IMG/VR virus record: IMGVR_UViG_3300032232_000840
Span: 3,717-67,716 of that record
DNA: 64,000 bases
Reading direction: 5' to 3' (one strand)
Source: a virus
Lineage: Duplodnaviria; Caudoviricetes
Positions 18,518 to 28,900 of this stretch are shown here, in pieces. The notes under the pieces are model-generated. The model did no database searches. It saw only the letters and a list, made by a program, of their open reading frames with translations, and was not told the DNA's origin. Within the stretch, counting starts at the first letter, position 1, and the number at the start of each line of letters is the position of its first letter. The translations under genes were made by a program, and so were the position numbers.

Positions 18518-18528
18518 TCCAAAATTAA
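17113..18528 (+). CDS. C5 cytosine DNA methyltransferase, catalytic (alpha-like) frame, GTG start
   Basis: Motif I SLCSGYGG, IV GGYPCQPFS, VI FENV, VIII QRKRVF and X LRALGNGVV; no motif IX. Confidence 0.9.
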   Translation: MDTTKTITHVSLCSGYGGIDLGLRAALPSLRTIAYCEREAFPISILLRRIEEGQLDVGPIHTDLKAFPWELFRDRVSILSGGYPCQPFSAAGNRKGKDDPRHLWPWIADGIRAMRPRQCFFENVDGHISMGLSTVISDLEELGYQATWGVFSASEVGAPHQRKRVFILAHRKCEGLEGLREFSTSLGWSDERIQLGNGSSREELADCLDEGSQGRLRGGANPERQGVDGHAGCSSSGVLGRWPARPGEPQFSWEPPRVLDNKVGDSKRVRLESTGDQGAVGEESSDSSRKGSEPSSAPQISGDPSGEQLGDSQYSRSHGSTFSGSITSASNYDPLRENGSGEFERASRSLLGGDLQASKLADTDLDGGWEDRQSTELRSVGAEQSPSHRGIAGSGEGGEVGFDGATEAEDHSQALPEVCGDLDGASNRMGYAELCRTYDNRTHELRALGNGVVWQQCAHAYRTLVGQLIQN

Positions 18529-18539
18529 CAAAACCTATC

Positions 18540-18776
18540 ATGAACGAACACCTCACAAGCAGACGCCGCAACGGCAAAGCCCTCGGTTACACTGTTTCGG
18601 ACGACGACTCCGGCTGGGGCGAGCACCGCAGCCTCGGAGCCTCAGTCAACAAAGCCTGCGCCAAGTGGCTAGAAAATAAGCTAGGATACAAGTCCACCTT
18701 CGGAGGCGGACGCCGCTTTAGTCGCGAGCAACTTGCGACTCGGAAGCCTTCTTCTCCGATCGGATCAGCCACTTGA
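18540..18776 (+). CDS. Hypothetical basic protein
   Basis: CCTATCATG leader. Confidence 0.55.
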   Translation: MNEHLTSRRRNGKALGYTVSDDDSGWGEHRSLGASVNKACAKWLENKLGYKSTFGGGRRFSREQLATRKPSSPIGSAT

Positions 18777-19122
18777 GGCAACGCTCCATGAGGGAGTCCA
18801 GCAAGTACGCTGAGGCTTCCTCATGGCCCGCCTCTTCCTTCACCCCCTTGGCGTGAAGCGTGTTAAAAGTAACGTGAACCAACTCGTGAGCAAGAATCGC
18901 GATCTTCGCCGGAGTCGGCTCGAACTTCTGCATGAAGACGATGTTCCCGCAATTAGAGTAGTAGGTAACCGCATCCATCGTCTCGTACCCTTCCAAGTCT
19001 AGCTCTATCTTTTTCTTCTTGCACCAAGCCGCTGCCTGTTCCGGCGAGCAAGGGCAAAAGAAATACAAAGCATCCTTGTACGGGTCGATCGAAAGTCGAG
19101 TTCCTTTAGGTAGATTGCTCAT
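18718..19122 (-). CDS. Small HExxH metallopeptidase-like protein
   Basis: ILAHELVH...GHEEASAYLL; ATGA overlap with the upstream HNH stop. Confidence 0.7.
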   Translation of the reverse strand: MSNLPKGTRLSIDPYKDALYFFCPCSPEQAAAWCKKKKIELDLEGYETMDAVTYYSNCGNIVFMQKFEPTPAKIAILAHELVHVTFNTLHAKGVKEEAGHEEASAYLLDSLMERCLKWLIRSEKKASESQVARD

Positions 19123-19727
19123 AGGTCTGGTGCCAAATAGGCACCGATGTCGAGTAGCCCAGCATGGCGTTCCCGGTGACATCGGCAGCAAAGCAGCAAG
19201 CACTTTTCAGACTCTAGCAGAGCGGAAGGCATATCGTTCCTACGTGATGAAATCGTGTAGCTCTTCTCCTCCGGCTTGAGGTGATCAAACTCCAGTGCGG
19301 CGATACACTTGTTGTACCCACATACCGCGCAGCATCCGCCGTGTTCAGCCTTGATTTGAGTAGATATGTTGCGTCTCCGCACTTTGTTCCGAGATACGGT
19401 TTTCTCTTTCTGCCCACTGCCTAAGTAGTAACTGATCGTGCCCATTGAACACGGAATCGCCTTGGAAATGTCCTTATAGGACATACCAGTAGCTCTTAAA
19501 GCAATAATATGGTCGCCAAGTACACTCAAAATATCAGTGATATATACCTCATTTGTTTTACGTATACTAGGTATATTATACCACCTAGACAAAATACTTA
19601 TTAAAAAGACCTTTTGGCGTTGACCAAACCGATAACGCCCCATAACCTTTCCGGCAATCCTTGAATACAGCTTCGTTATGACCCACCTGTTCGCACTTAT
19701 CCCCCACAAGGTATATGGGCGCGTCAT
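19119..19727 (-). CDS. HTH plus HNH endonuclease (true start probably near 19530)
   Basis: GMSYKDISKAIPCSMGTISYYL HTH; CAVCGY..ALEFDH..KCLLLCCRCHRERH. Confidence 0.8.
   Translation of the reverse strand: MTRPYTLWGISANRWVITKLYSRIAGKVMGRYRFGQRQKVFLISILSRWYNIPSIRKTNEVYITDILSVLGDHIIALRATGMSYKDISKAIPCSMGTISYYLGSGQKEKTVSRNKVRRRNISTQIKAEHGGCCAVCGYNKCIAALEFDHLKPEEKSYTISSRRNDMPSALLESEKCLLLCCRCHRERHAGLLDIGAYLAPDL
19570..19584 (+). promoter_or_regulatory. Representative copy of a genome-wide 15-bp operator-like motif GGTAT-N5-AC(C/A/T)AC
   Basis: This copy holds the perfect dyad GGTAT-ATT-ATACC. Other copies: + at 6866, 7682, 8799, 11506, 16361, 17057, 20634, 27389, 48985, 60733, 61523; - at 36420, 43643, 52919, 56062. 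Confidence 0.7.
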
Positions 19728-19804
19728 GACGATCTACCCGCTGAGGTAGCCTGGGATTGCCAGAACAAACAAAAAACCCCACCCGTCGGTTCCTTAAATT
19801 GTAT

Positions 19805-20035
19805 ATGAACTCCTCGACAATCAACATTGCCGATCTGATTCGGTTGCTAGATCAACCAACCCTCGACGCCCTTAGTGCGCGGTTGCACAAAGTGCTAGAC
19901 ACCCTCGAAGGAGCTGATGCAGGTCAGCTACTCTTCGAGTTTATCCATGAGGGCTTGACCGCCCACGAAGAGTTCGATCCTAGAGCCGCCACAATGGTTC
20001 TCTGTGAGATCGAGCAAGACGCTGCGGCAGCATAA
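19805..20035 (+). CDS. Hypothetical acidic protein
   Basis: In-frame ATG at 19805; terminator downstream. Confidence 0.6.
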   Translation: MNSSTINIADLIRLLDQPTLDALSARLHKVLDTLEGADAGQLLFEFIHEGLTAHEEFDPRAATMVLCEIEQDAAAA

Positions 20036-20047
20036 AGGAACCTCTTA

Positions 20048-20083
20048 GCCGCACCCTGGGTAACTGGGGTGCGGTTTATTTTT
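20048..20083 (+). terminator. Rho-independent terminator
   Basis: GCCGCACCCT/GGGGTGCGGT stem followed by TTATTTTT. Confidence 0.75.
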
Positions 20084-20095
20084 ACCTACAATAAT

Positions 20096-20236
20096 ATGAC
20101 ACCACGCACTAACCACGCTGAATTCTTAAAGAAACTAGCTCTTGCCAAGACACCCTCGGTAAAGCCCACGAATAAAGGCCCTCTCTACATGGCTCTAATC
20201 CGAGCCAAACTGAACGGAGCGGCTAAACCTAAGTAA
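20096..20236 (+). CDS. 46-aa basic hypothetical protein (not in the ORF track)
   Basis: MTPRTNHAEFLKKLALAK...; A-rich leader. Confidence 0.4.
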   Translation: MTPRTNHAEFLKKLALAKTPSVKPTNKGPLYMALIRAKLNGAAKPK

Positions 20237-20370
20237 ACAATCGGGTAAGTTGTCCAGAGCCCTGGCGGGTAGCCCTCCTATGGATGGGGCTTTCTATCCC
20301 TGGTACGCCGCAGCCAGTCGCCAATCGACAAAGCGGCAACCCTTTTTTCAACCCTTCAAAACCCAACACC

Positions 20371-20622
20371 ATGACCGAAGAAAATACTGCTAAGACAAAA
20401 AGAACCCGATCCTGCACGATGGTAAATAGAGCTCAAGTAAAAGAGTTCGCCCTCCGCGTAGCCCATAACAACTTCGGCCCCCGGTTCAACCGCGTTGGCT
20501 CCTGCTTCCTCGATGAGTTCACCGAAGAGGTTGAGCGGTTGCTTGCCTCCAAGGTCAAACGTCACCCCAGCCGTGGCAAAACGCTCCTATCATCATTCCC
20601 GCGTACCGCCTACGAAGGTTAA
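20371..20622 (+). CDS. Hypothetical basic protein
   Basis: ATG after an AAAACCCAACACC leader. Confidence 0.65.
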   Translation: MTEENTAKTKRTRSCTMVNRAQVKEFALRVAHNNFGPRFNRVGSCFLDEFTEEVERLLASKVKRHPSRGKTLLSSFPRTAYEG

Positions 20623-20670
20623 CTCTTGACACTGGTATCATATACTACAACACTACAACGCAGTTTCTCT

Positions 20671-21030
20671 ATGAGTTCTCTTAAAACACCTGAAGTAGCC
20701 ATTCATGCTCTATTCCAAGAGTTGGGATGTGACCTTGATGAGATCAAACACTGCATCAAAGAGTTCCTCAACGGAGACTCCGGCGACTTCTCCGATGAAG
20801 ACGAAATTCTCGGCTTCTTAGCTAGAGACCTCAAGGACGAGCACAGACACGGCGTCTACGAGACCAGTTCCGCTGGTCGCATTCACATCACGGGGGATAG
20901 CAATCAGATTATCGTGGCTCCTGACATCATCTTCGCCGTCATGACTGAAGGTGCCCAGTGCAGCCTCAATACCTGCACCTGTGAAAACAAACACTCACCT
21001 AAAGATAAATCGTCAACCCCAACAAAGTAA
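20671..21030 (+). CDS. Hypothetical acidic protein
   Basis: ATG downstream of TTGACA and the motif at 20626-20648. Confidence 0.65.
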   Translation: MSSLKTPEVAIHALFQELGCDLDEIKHCIKEFLNGDSGDFSDEDEILGFLARDLKDEHRHGVYETSSAGRIHITGDSNQIIVAPDIIFAVMTEGAQCSLNTCTCENKHSPKDKSSTPTK

Positions 21031-21033
21031 CCC

Positions 21034-21285
21034 ATGCCAACTGCAAAGAAACGCTTCGCAAAAGTAGTCACTAACCCTACCACAGGTCGCACCAAGACCG
21101 TCCGCTACGGACAGGCCGGAAAGGCTAAGGACGGCGGTGATCGCATTCGACCAGGAACCTCCAAAGGAGACGCTTACTGCGCCCGATCGGCCAAGATCAA
21201 GGGCGACTGGAAGAGCGATCCTAACAGCCCCAACAACCTGAGCCGCAAGAAGTGGAAATGCAGCGGCTCCAAATCCATGAAATAG
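21034..21285 (+). CDS. Small highly basic conserved phage protein
   Basis: KTVRYGQAG...AYCARS...KW, a pattern seen in aquatic phages. Confidence 0.75.
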   Translation: MPTAKKRFAKVVTNPTTGRTKTVRYGQAGKAKDGGDRIRPGTSKGDAYCARSAKIKGDWKSDPNSPNNLSRKKWKCSGSKSMK

Positions 21286-21287
21286 CC

Positions 21288-21515
21288 ATGCCTACAGCAC
21301 GCAACTACAAGAAAGAGTACCGGGACTTCCAAGGGAAGCCCGAGCAGATCAAGCGTCGAGCCGAACGGAATACCGCCCGGGCCAAAATGGTCTCGGCTGG
21401 TCGGGTCCGTAAAGGTGACGGCAAAGATGTCGATCACCGCGACCGCAACACTGCCAACAACAGCAAGTCCAACCTTCGGGTGATGAGCAAGTCGGCCAAC
21501 CGATCTCGCCAGTAG
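21288..21515 (+). CDS. Minimal HNH-like protein
   Basis: RNYKKEY...DVDH..N..NLRV.SKSANRS. Confidence 0.75.
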   Translation: MPTARNYKKEYRDFQGKPEQIKRRAERNTARAKMVSAGRVRKGDGKDVDHRDRNTANNSKSNLRVMSKSANRSRQ

Positions 21516-21629
21516 CATGACTTTAACGGCCTACATCGTAGTGGCAGGCGGCTTAATCGCGCTTGTCACCATGATCAACCATACCCAGTGGCCGTGGGAA
21601 TAAACCTCTAACCCCAACAACCCAACCCC

Positions 21630-21821
21630 ATGTTCGTCAAAATTAAAGATACCTACATCAACCCCGCCCACGTCAGCCTCGTCTCCCTCCGGAACGAGAA
21701 CAAGACGCTGGTGGTAGACCTCGCTTACAGTAAGGCTGAAGACCCCGTCTTCGTCACCTTCCAGTTTGATACTGAGAGCGACACCCTCGAAGCCCTTCAC
21801 TCCATCATCGGCGATGTCTAA
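21630..21821 (+). CDS. Hypothetical protein
   Basis: 63-aa ORF (MFVKIKDTYINPAHV). Confidence 0.7.
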   Translation: MFVKIKDTYINPAHVSLVSLRNENKTLVVDLAYSKAEDPVFVTFQFDTESDTLEALHSIIGDV

Positions 21822-22143
21822 GGAGATCAACCACGAAGCTGACGAGAAGCTGGACCTCGATGTCCAGCACGCAGTCGCCGAAGCCATCACTGAAGCCTCG
21901 GAAGCTGGCTCACTTGTTGGTCAGGAAGCCCCTGTCTACAAGTGCCACACCTTCCTCCCCGCCAGTGGAGGAGAGGACTACGCCAAGGCGATCACCAACC
22001 AGCTCAACCACCTCGCCCCCGCGCTCGGTGTGCTTGGTTTTCAGGTGACCTACAAGGAAGACTCCTTGTCGCCCCTCGCTACCAAACCGGATCGCGGTTA
22101 TTTCCAGATCCGCGTGTTTGCGTCGGACGTGGTCGTAGTGTAA
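21814..22143 (+). CDS. Hypothetical protein
   Basis: Met at 21814 overlaps the upstream stop region. Confidence 0.65.
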   Translation: MSKEINHEADEKLDLDVQHAVAEAITEASEAGSLVGQEAPVYKCHTFLPASGGEDYAKAITNQLNHLAPALGVLGFQVTYKEDSLSPLATKPDRGYFQIRVFASDVVVV

Positions 22144-22221
22144 TACATCATTAGAGAGTACTGAACGCCTGGGACGCACGGCGTGACTGCTCGGAGAGAC
22201 GAGCACAACCCCTAAAACAAC

Positions 22222-22503
22222 ATGAAAACTAAAACTCTATTCCTTGCAGCCCTGTTACCTGCAACCCTGCTAACCCCTAACCTCAACGCTCAGATTCCTC
22301 CAGGCATCGACGCATCACAGGTGGTCAGCGGTAGGACTTATGCCGGACGATACGAGTATCAGATGAAAGACGGCTCCACCCAAGAAGGCAGGGTCCACAC
22401 CATTGCAGATCCCAAGCATGGGAGTGCAGTGATCATCACCGTACCCGATAGGGGGGAGCAGACCACTACGCTGGTCTCCCCCGGAATGTCGATCACCCAC
22501 TAG
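22222..22503 (+). CDS. Secreted small protein
   Basis: Signal-peptide-like MKTKTLFLAALLPATLLTPNLNAQ. Confidence 0.65.
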   Translation: MKTKTLFLAALLPATLLTPNLNAQIPPGIDASQVVSGRTYAGRYEYQMKDGSTQEGRVHTIADPKHGSAVIITVPDRGEQTTTLVSPGMSITH

Positions 22504-22727
22504 ACCTCGGTACAGGTTTCCTTGCCCCATCCGTTCTGACGGCACATGGCATCCTGTAACCATGCAACCCTGTCGCCCTGTACCACGATGCCATTGGCCT
22601 TCAGGTAGCTGTTGACCTTAAACAGCAACTCGGTAAACGCCCCCGCCTTTAGGGTGATGTCATGCACATCGCAGTGCCACCTCCACCCTCCGGGCGGGTC
22701 TAAATCTAAACTATTCAACTTAAACAT
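22500..22727 (-). CDS. Hypothetical protein at the end of the virion module
   Basis: Met at 22727; PPGGW...N...QDAMC. Confidence 0.55.
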   Translation of the reverse strand: MFKLNSLDLDPPGGWRWHCDVHDITLKAGAFTELLFKVNSYLKANGIVVQGDRVAWLQDAMCRQNGWGKETCTEV

Positions 22728-22730
22728 ATT

Positions 22731-22955
22731 ATGAGTGCTTATTGGAACCCTGAGAATCGTCACAAGTATGAGAAGATTGACTACACCCGCAAACCGGGGC
22801 AACCGAAGCCTTGGGTAAAGCGTACTGGTTTAATCATCTCATCAGTCTTGCTCGCCCCCGTGTTCATCGCTTTCTTGATCGCCATGTGGTATATCATGAT
22901 CCCGTTGTGCGTCTTTTCACTAGGGTACGTGGCGTATAAGTCGTTCTCATCCTAA
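22731..22955 (+). CDS. Small two-TM membrane protein
   Basis: Long hydrophobic C-terminal half. Confidence 0.5.
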   Translation: MSAYWNPENRHKYEKIDYTRKPGQPKPWVKRTGLIISSVLLAPVFIAFLIAMWYIMIPLCVFSLGYVAYKSFSS

Positions 22956-25900
22956 CTTCAGTTTGCCGCCCAATATCTCGGCCTCGATCTGCTTTACCGC
23001 GTGGTTACGGGCAGCGTTACCGATCTTAGAGTCGAGATAATCTTGAGCTAGGTTCTTGTTTTCCCTTGCGTACTGGGAAAGCTGGTCAATCATCTCCGGC
23101 GTAAGCATCTCCTTCATGGCTTCACCCCGGAGTTGCACAAAACGGCGGTTAACCTCTGGGTATTTACCCATCTTGCTCTTGACGATCGCCCCTTGAGCGT
23201 CCAGATACCGGAACTCAGTGGCCTTGCTAGGGTTTGGAAGAATCAATCCTGCTTTAATTATTGGAGAGATGATCGGATGAGGAGCCATGTTGCTGGCATT
23301 CACAAACCTCCAAGTGGTGGCAGAGTACCAAGGCTGTTTGATCGGCTCTCCCAGCGTGTTGAGTGCAGGCGTATTGTAACCAATCGATGCTGGAACCATT
23401 GAGTAGAGCCAGCCCTCGGTCGTGCCTGTATCAAGTCGAGCTACCTGCCCGTCTTTATCCATGCCAAAAGTATTCCTAGCCCAACGCACTAGACCTGGGT
23501 TTGTAAACCCAGCCACAGTCCCTCCCGCCAGCCTCTTCAGACTGCTAGTCTGCTGAGTAGGATTTGTCGCCCGCAACGCCTCGAAAAGGTTAGTAACACC
23601 CGAAAGCATATTCTTGTCTAGTACCGTGGAAGCCGAGGAAAGAGCTGCTGCCCACGCCACCTCAGAAGTCGTCTGCTCATCCTTCTTATATCGGATAGTA
23701 TCAAATCCCGACCCCAGACCCCCCAATAAAATCCCGAGAGCAGGCCAATCCACATAACGATAGAAGTGGCCTCCGATACATACGGAGTTAGGCTCCCATT
23801 TTTGCGTGTCTTTTAACTGCTGCTTGTCCATCGAATTACGAGGACCCGCCCCGTGGATAGCAAAAAAAGGAACCTTACCTTCCTGCTCTTCCAAGAGACC
23901 CTTATAGGCTAGATACGCCAGAGACATAAATGCAGTAGTCCCGAGAATCGACTTTGCAAACTGAGCGGACTGCTCCGGAGAGCCTTCCTCGAACTTCCTA
24001 GGAGCGTACTTACTGTTCTCAGAAAAAGATCGCTGAGAGGGCGACATATTCTTCGCCCTGAGTGCCCCCCACACCGTGTAGTCCAAAGACTGGTTCATGA
24101 TGTTGGAAAGCGTGTTCATAAACGAGAGCACAAACTTCGTGACCTTGAGCTCAGAATTCATCTGAGAAGCAAAACCCGCCACAAACCTACCCAAGATTCC
24201 ATGAGCCCCCTCGTTGTAGGTAGCGTGCTCCGCGAAGTTAGACCCCTGCTCGGTCACCCCTTTATAAACCTCCTCACGTCGATTCTGAAGCAACTCAGAG
24301 ACTCGGCGTTCGATCCACTTCTTCTGGTTTCCGCTGTCTGCCCCATACATCCCCTCAGCAGCTTCCTTTTCAGCCGTCGCCCGCACCCCTTCTGTAACTT
24401 TCTGATCCGGGTAGAAGAGATCGCGAATGATCTCGTTTACCTGTTCGGTGGATCTGCCCTGCTTGTGTTCCAAAAAGAACCTTGTAGCCATTCGCTGCTT
24501 GGCTTCGTCGGCGGACACCATGTTCATAGCGTCAAGTGCCAGCATGGCGCGACCTACGTACTTGAGCTTGCTTGCATAAGAAGCGACCAAACCTGCAACA
24601 CCTTTGTAGTCGGCTGGATCTAGGTTCTCCAAGTGAGAGGCTCCCTCCATCTGGTTGACTCGGTACTGGGTCGTCCCTTCCTGTAAAGCCCTACCAATTT
24701 CCTGCCTCGACCGCTTTCCTAGAAACGAGCCGTAAATAGTAGAAAGACCATCGGCAATGTACCTAGAGTCTCCAGTCTGCCACAAGTAGCCGAGAGACTC
24801 CATGAAAGTCTCAGTGACGACACTGATATGCGAGCCGCCCAAGTTGACCATCTGGGTAGGAGGGCCGCTTAGCACTCCCGCTTGCCATGCTGCCGTGGTG
24901 ATATCGAGTATCTTAGAAATACCCTCTACGCTCTTCCACTTACCCAAGACTTCCTGAGTACGCTTTGTTGCAATCTTGTTGAGGAGATCCCCCGTCCTCT
25001 GGTTGCGGTACTGACCCTCTGGGAGAGCTTGTACTTCAGCCGCTTCCTTCTCGATCTGAGCACTAAATCTCTCATCCCAAGTTGGTAGTTTGTAGCTATC
25101 TGAAATCGCATTATAAAACCTCTCTTCTGTAAACGCACCTAGGTTCACGAGCTTCAACATCTTCTGGATGTCACTCTCCTTGATCTGTTTGATCCCCGCC
25201 CTAGCGTCTCGATCCGCCTTGTTTTTCAACAGGGCATCTAGTTGAGTCTTTGCCGACTTGTGGGCCTCAAACTCGTAAGTCTGACGTAAGGACTCCGCCA
25301 CCCGGACAGCTTGTTCTGGGCTTAAATCACTATTAGTAATGATCTCACCGATCAGAGCCTCCCGACTCGCGTTCCTATCACTTAGTGTCTTTTTAACCAC
25401 ATCACGGAAAACAACTTCTCGGCGAAGTAAGTCCTGAGCTTTCTTCATGGCTCCGCCATCAAACTTTGCTCCTTCCAGAGCTGCTCGCTGGGCAGGACTA
25501 ATCTTTGCATCGGGGTTCACTAGGATTGCCTCCCTAGCGGAATTAAACGCTCTCTCCGATAGCTCGGAAATATCCAACCCTTCTGCGAGTGCCTTAACTG
25601 CTGCCTCCCGATTAAACTCCGGCTTTTCCTCGATCCCCTTGAACACCTCGCGCATACGCGCAGAGATCTCTTGGTGGATGTTCTTTTGAAGGATTTCCAG
25701 TGCGGGTCCGTTTACCTTGGACTCTTTACCTACTGATCCTGCAATCTTCTTGGCAAGGGAAGCTGCCGCCTTCTCCGCATACTGAATGCCCAGAGGCGTA
25801 GAGTTCTTAGAAGGGCTCGTGTTGTCTGGGTCGCGAACAGCGTCAAAGAAGTCGAACACGCTCTGAGCAAATCCATCTTGTACTTCCTTGCTGGAGGCAA

Positions 25901-28900
25901 AGATCTTACGGATCAACGTCCTTGCCCTACCCACAGTCTCCTCAGCACCTGTTTCAATGCTAGCCTGCACCGCTGTTTTCAGCTCCTGTGCAGTCTTGTC
26001 GCCCGACAACTTGGCAGCTTGTTGCTTGAAAATAGGGGATAGGTACTCATCGATGATGTACCTGCCATTCATGTTCCTTGAGATCATGCGGAATACTGCA
26101 AGCATCTTACCGCTTGCGGTAGCCTTCTCCGAGAGCTCACGGGTCAACTGGTTTCCCGTAGTTGTGTACTCGGCGAGTTGCACCTCATCAGCAATCGTCT
26201 TCACTCCTGCTGACTTAATCTGCTTCTCCAGTGCCCATTTAAGAACTTTTGCTTGCTGGGCAACAACGTACTTGGCGGTAGCTATCTCCGGCTCCGTATT
26301 AAGTCCGTTAGTTGCTCCTGAGAGTAACATACGAGCGATATCTTTATTTGAGTCACCAGCCTGTACTCGGGTTGTGATCCAATCTTCTGCTACATCGATC
26401 CACTGCTTAAAGCTCTCGGGGATATAGGTCTTTCCGGCCATCATTGCCCGGACTTCCGGATCAGCCGTCAGTAGATCCTTCTCCAAAGCCCGAGTGGGCT
26501 TAGGTTTCTGAGGGGTTATGCTGATTGCTCGGAGCTTGCCGCCCTGAGCCTGTTGAAAAGGCTCCCTACCAACAAAGTAGGTTACAGGATCAAATACTCC
26601 AATTTCTCCATTAGATAATTTCTTAGCATTTTCTTCATGCACATCCTCAAGCCACAAGTTGAGCTCCTCGTTATAAAAGCCTACGCGCTTCGGCTCTGGA
26701 AGAGCGGGCGGCTTGAGTCCCGCGTCAATAGCAAGTTGATGGGCTTTTGACATACCCTTACCCGTCTCGAAGACCTCCTTAAAACCCCTAGCTTTAAGGC
26801 TGTTAGTAATTTCCAGTTCTGTTGGCTCCGAACCTACCGCGTCTGGTTGGGATATGACGGGCATAAGCTCGCCCTCAAAAGTGGTGAAACCCTTGAATTT
26901 AGGAGCTAGTTCCGGAAACAAATACCTTTGTGCAGCGATGCGCTCCAAGTACGCCGTAAGAGACCCATCGTGGAAATTAAGAGTATTTCGCTTCCACCAA
27001 GTCTGAGTCTCCTCATCAAAGTAAACTTGATGCTCGCTTTCTCCTCGTTTCCCTTGCTCTTCCCAACGCCTGTTAAATTCGTCCTCTGATATGAATAGGC
27101 CGTTTTCCTTGGCCCATTTCTCTAGGGCGTCCGCTTCAGCAGCGTGGGCTGCCTTTCTGAAGGCTTCACTCGTTTTACTGTTCGGTCGTAATCCGCTAAG
27201 GCTTCTTTGGCTGACCTCCAGGGCTGCTTGGAGATTGCTTCCATCGCTCGTTCTGACGAGATCCTGTGCGATTCGCTCAGGTAGCTCCTTGGTGGTAGCT
27301 CCGTATTGCCGCTTGATGTAGGAGTCTCGGATATCGGAAGGGTTGATTGAGATTTTTTCATTTTGAGAGTTATTTGGGTTGACTTTTTGGTATAATACAC
27401 CACTACCACTCTCCGTGTCAAGCGTAGGCTCCCCATACTCTCTCTCACTCATGTGATCGAACATCTTGTTCAAGTACTGATCTAGGGCGGAGTCCTTCTT
27501 GACGTTGAATCCGAGCCACTTGATCAGCTCACCCTTGAGGTACTTCCAGGCACTTACGAGCTTCCCAGTAATCGAGTCACGGATTTCAAGATTGTTGAGC
27601 GCATCACGAACCTCTCGGTTCTTGAGAGCGGCTGCGAGTAGCTCGTGGGGATTGGAGAAAGCGTAGTGGAATGCGTCGGACTCCTGTTTATTGAGGACAG
27701 TCGGATCAGCGGCACGAGTCCAAAGCTCTTTAGAAGTAAGCCCTTTCTTAACCGCCTCAGCTTGAATCGTCTTGAAGAGACGTTGTATCTCAGGAGGAAG
27801 ATTTCTATCAGCAGTGAGTGAGTGTAATACTTCCTCAAGGATAGTCTCAGCGGCACTGTCTTTCGTAAGAGCAATTCGTCCAGTTGCTGGGTCATACTCT
27901 CCCAATACTCCAGCCTCCAACCTATCATGCACATCGACCGGAATGCGTAGGAGTTTACCAGACCCTGCGAATTTCTTCAGTAGGAACTGGGCAACCACAT
28001 TTACCATCGAGTCGTGCTCGGGGTTATTAGCGAGATCGTAGAGTACGTCCTCGGCGTGGGTCACTCGGATCGGCTCTCCACGAGTCTCTGCAACCCTGTC
28101 GCCCTGTGACCCTGTATCAATAGCGTTTAACTGCTCATTATCAATGTCTCTAAGCTCCCTAAAAAGTTGATCTCTCAAAGGATCTGCAAAACTATTAAAT
28201 TTAGAAAGTCGCTCCAACGCCCCCTCTAACTTGGACTCAAGGGCTGACCCCCTGACAGAATCTCTCAACCGCTCTATTGCTTCTGCCCCGGCTCTATACG
28301 GATCGATTGTTCCGTTAGCTTTATTTCGCTCTATTAATGTGAGATCTGGCGGCATCTCATTCGCTGACAGGGCGTGGAGGACGAATGTTTCCATACCGAA
28401 TGGAAGTTGATCTTCCTCCCAAGGAAGATCGCCTGTTTGGTGCATAATATCTTTTATCTTCTCCCATTCCGGAACTTGTTTTTGTTCGTAGTACTCCTCT
28501 AATTTGTTGATCTGTTTTATTATTTCACGGGTTTTTTTGCTCCTTTGAGCCCGTCCCCCTGTATCAATGGATCTGAGCGGACTCACCTCAAATTTTCCGT
28601 TGCCGACAACATTGTCCATCAACTGATCTGGAGTGAAATCCATGTCAGCTATCCTGTCAGCTCGTTCACTAACCCGACTCAAGTAGCTTGACTGGCCTAC
28701 TACAGACTCTTCCAACCCTTCCGTCTGGCTCCATATTTTCTCAGCGGCAGAAAGTCGTTCCTTAGTTGCCTCAAGTCTATCTTTCAACAATTCGAGTAGT
28801 TCCTCAGGAGAGGTTGACCTCCTCCCTTCGTTGTCTTGTTCATCAGACTTAAAAAGGAGCTCCTCAAACTCACTTTCCGAAAGTATCTCGCTCTCCTTCA

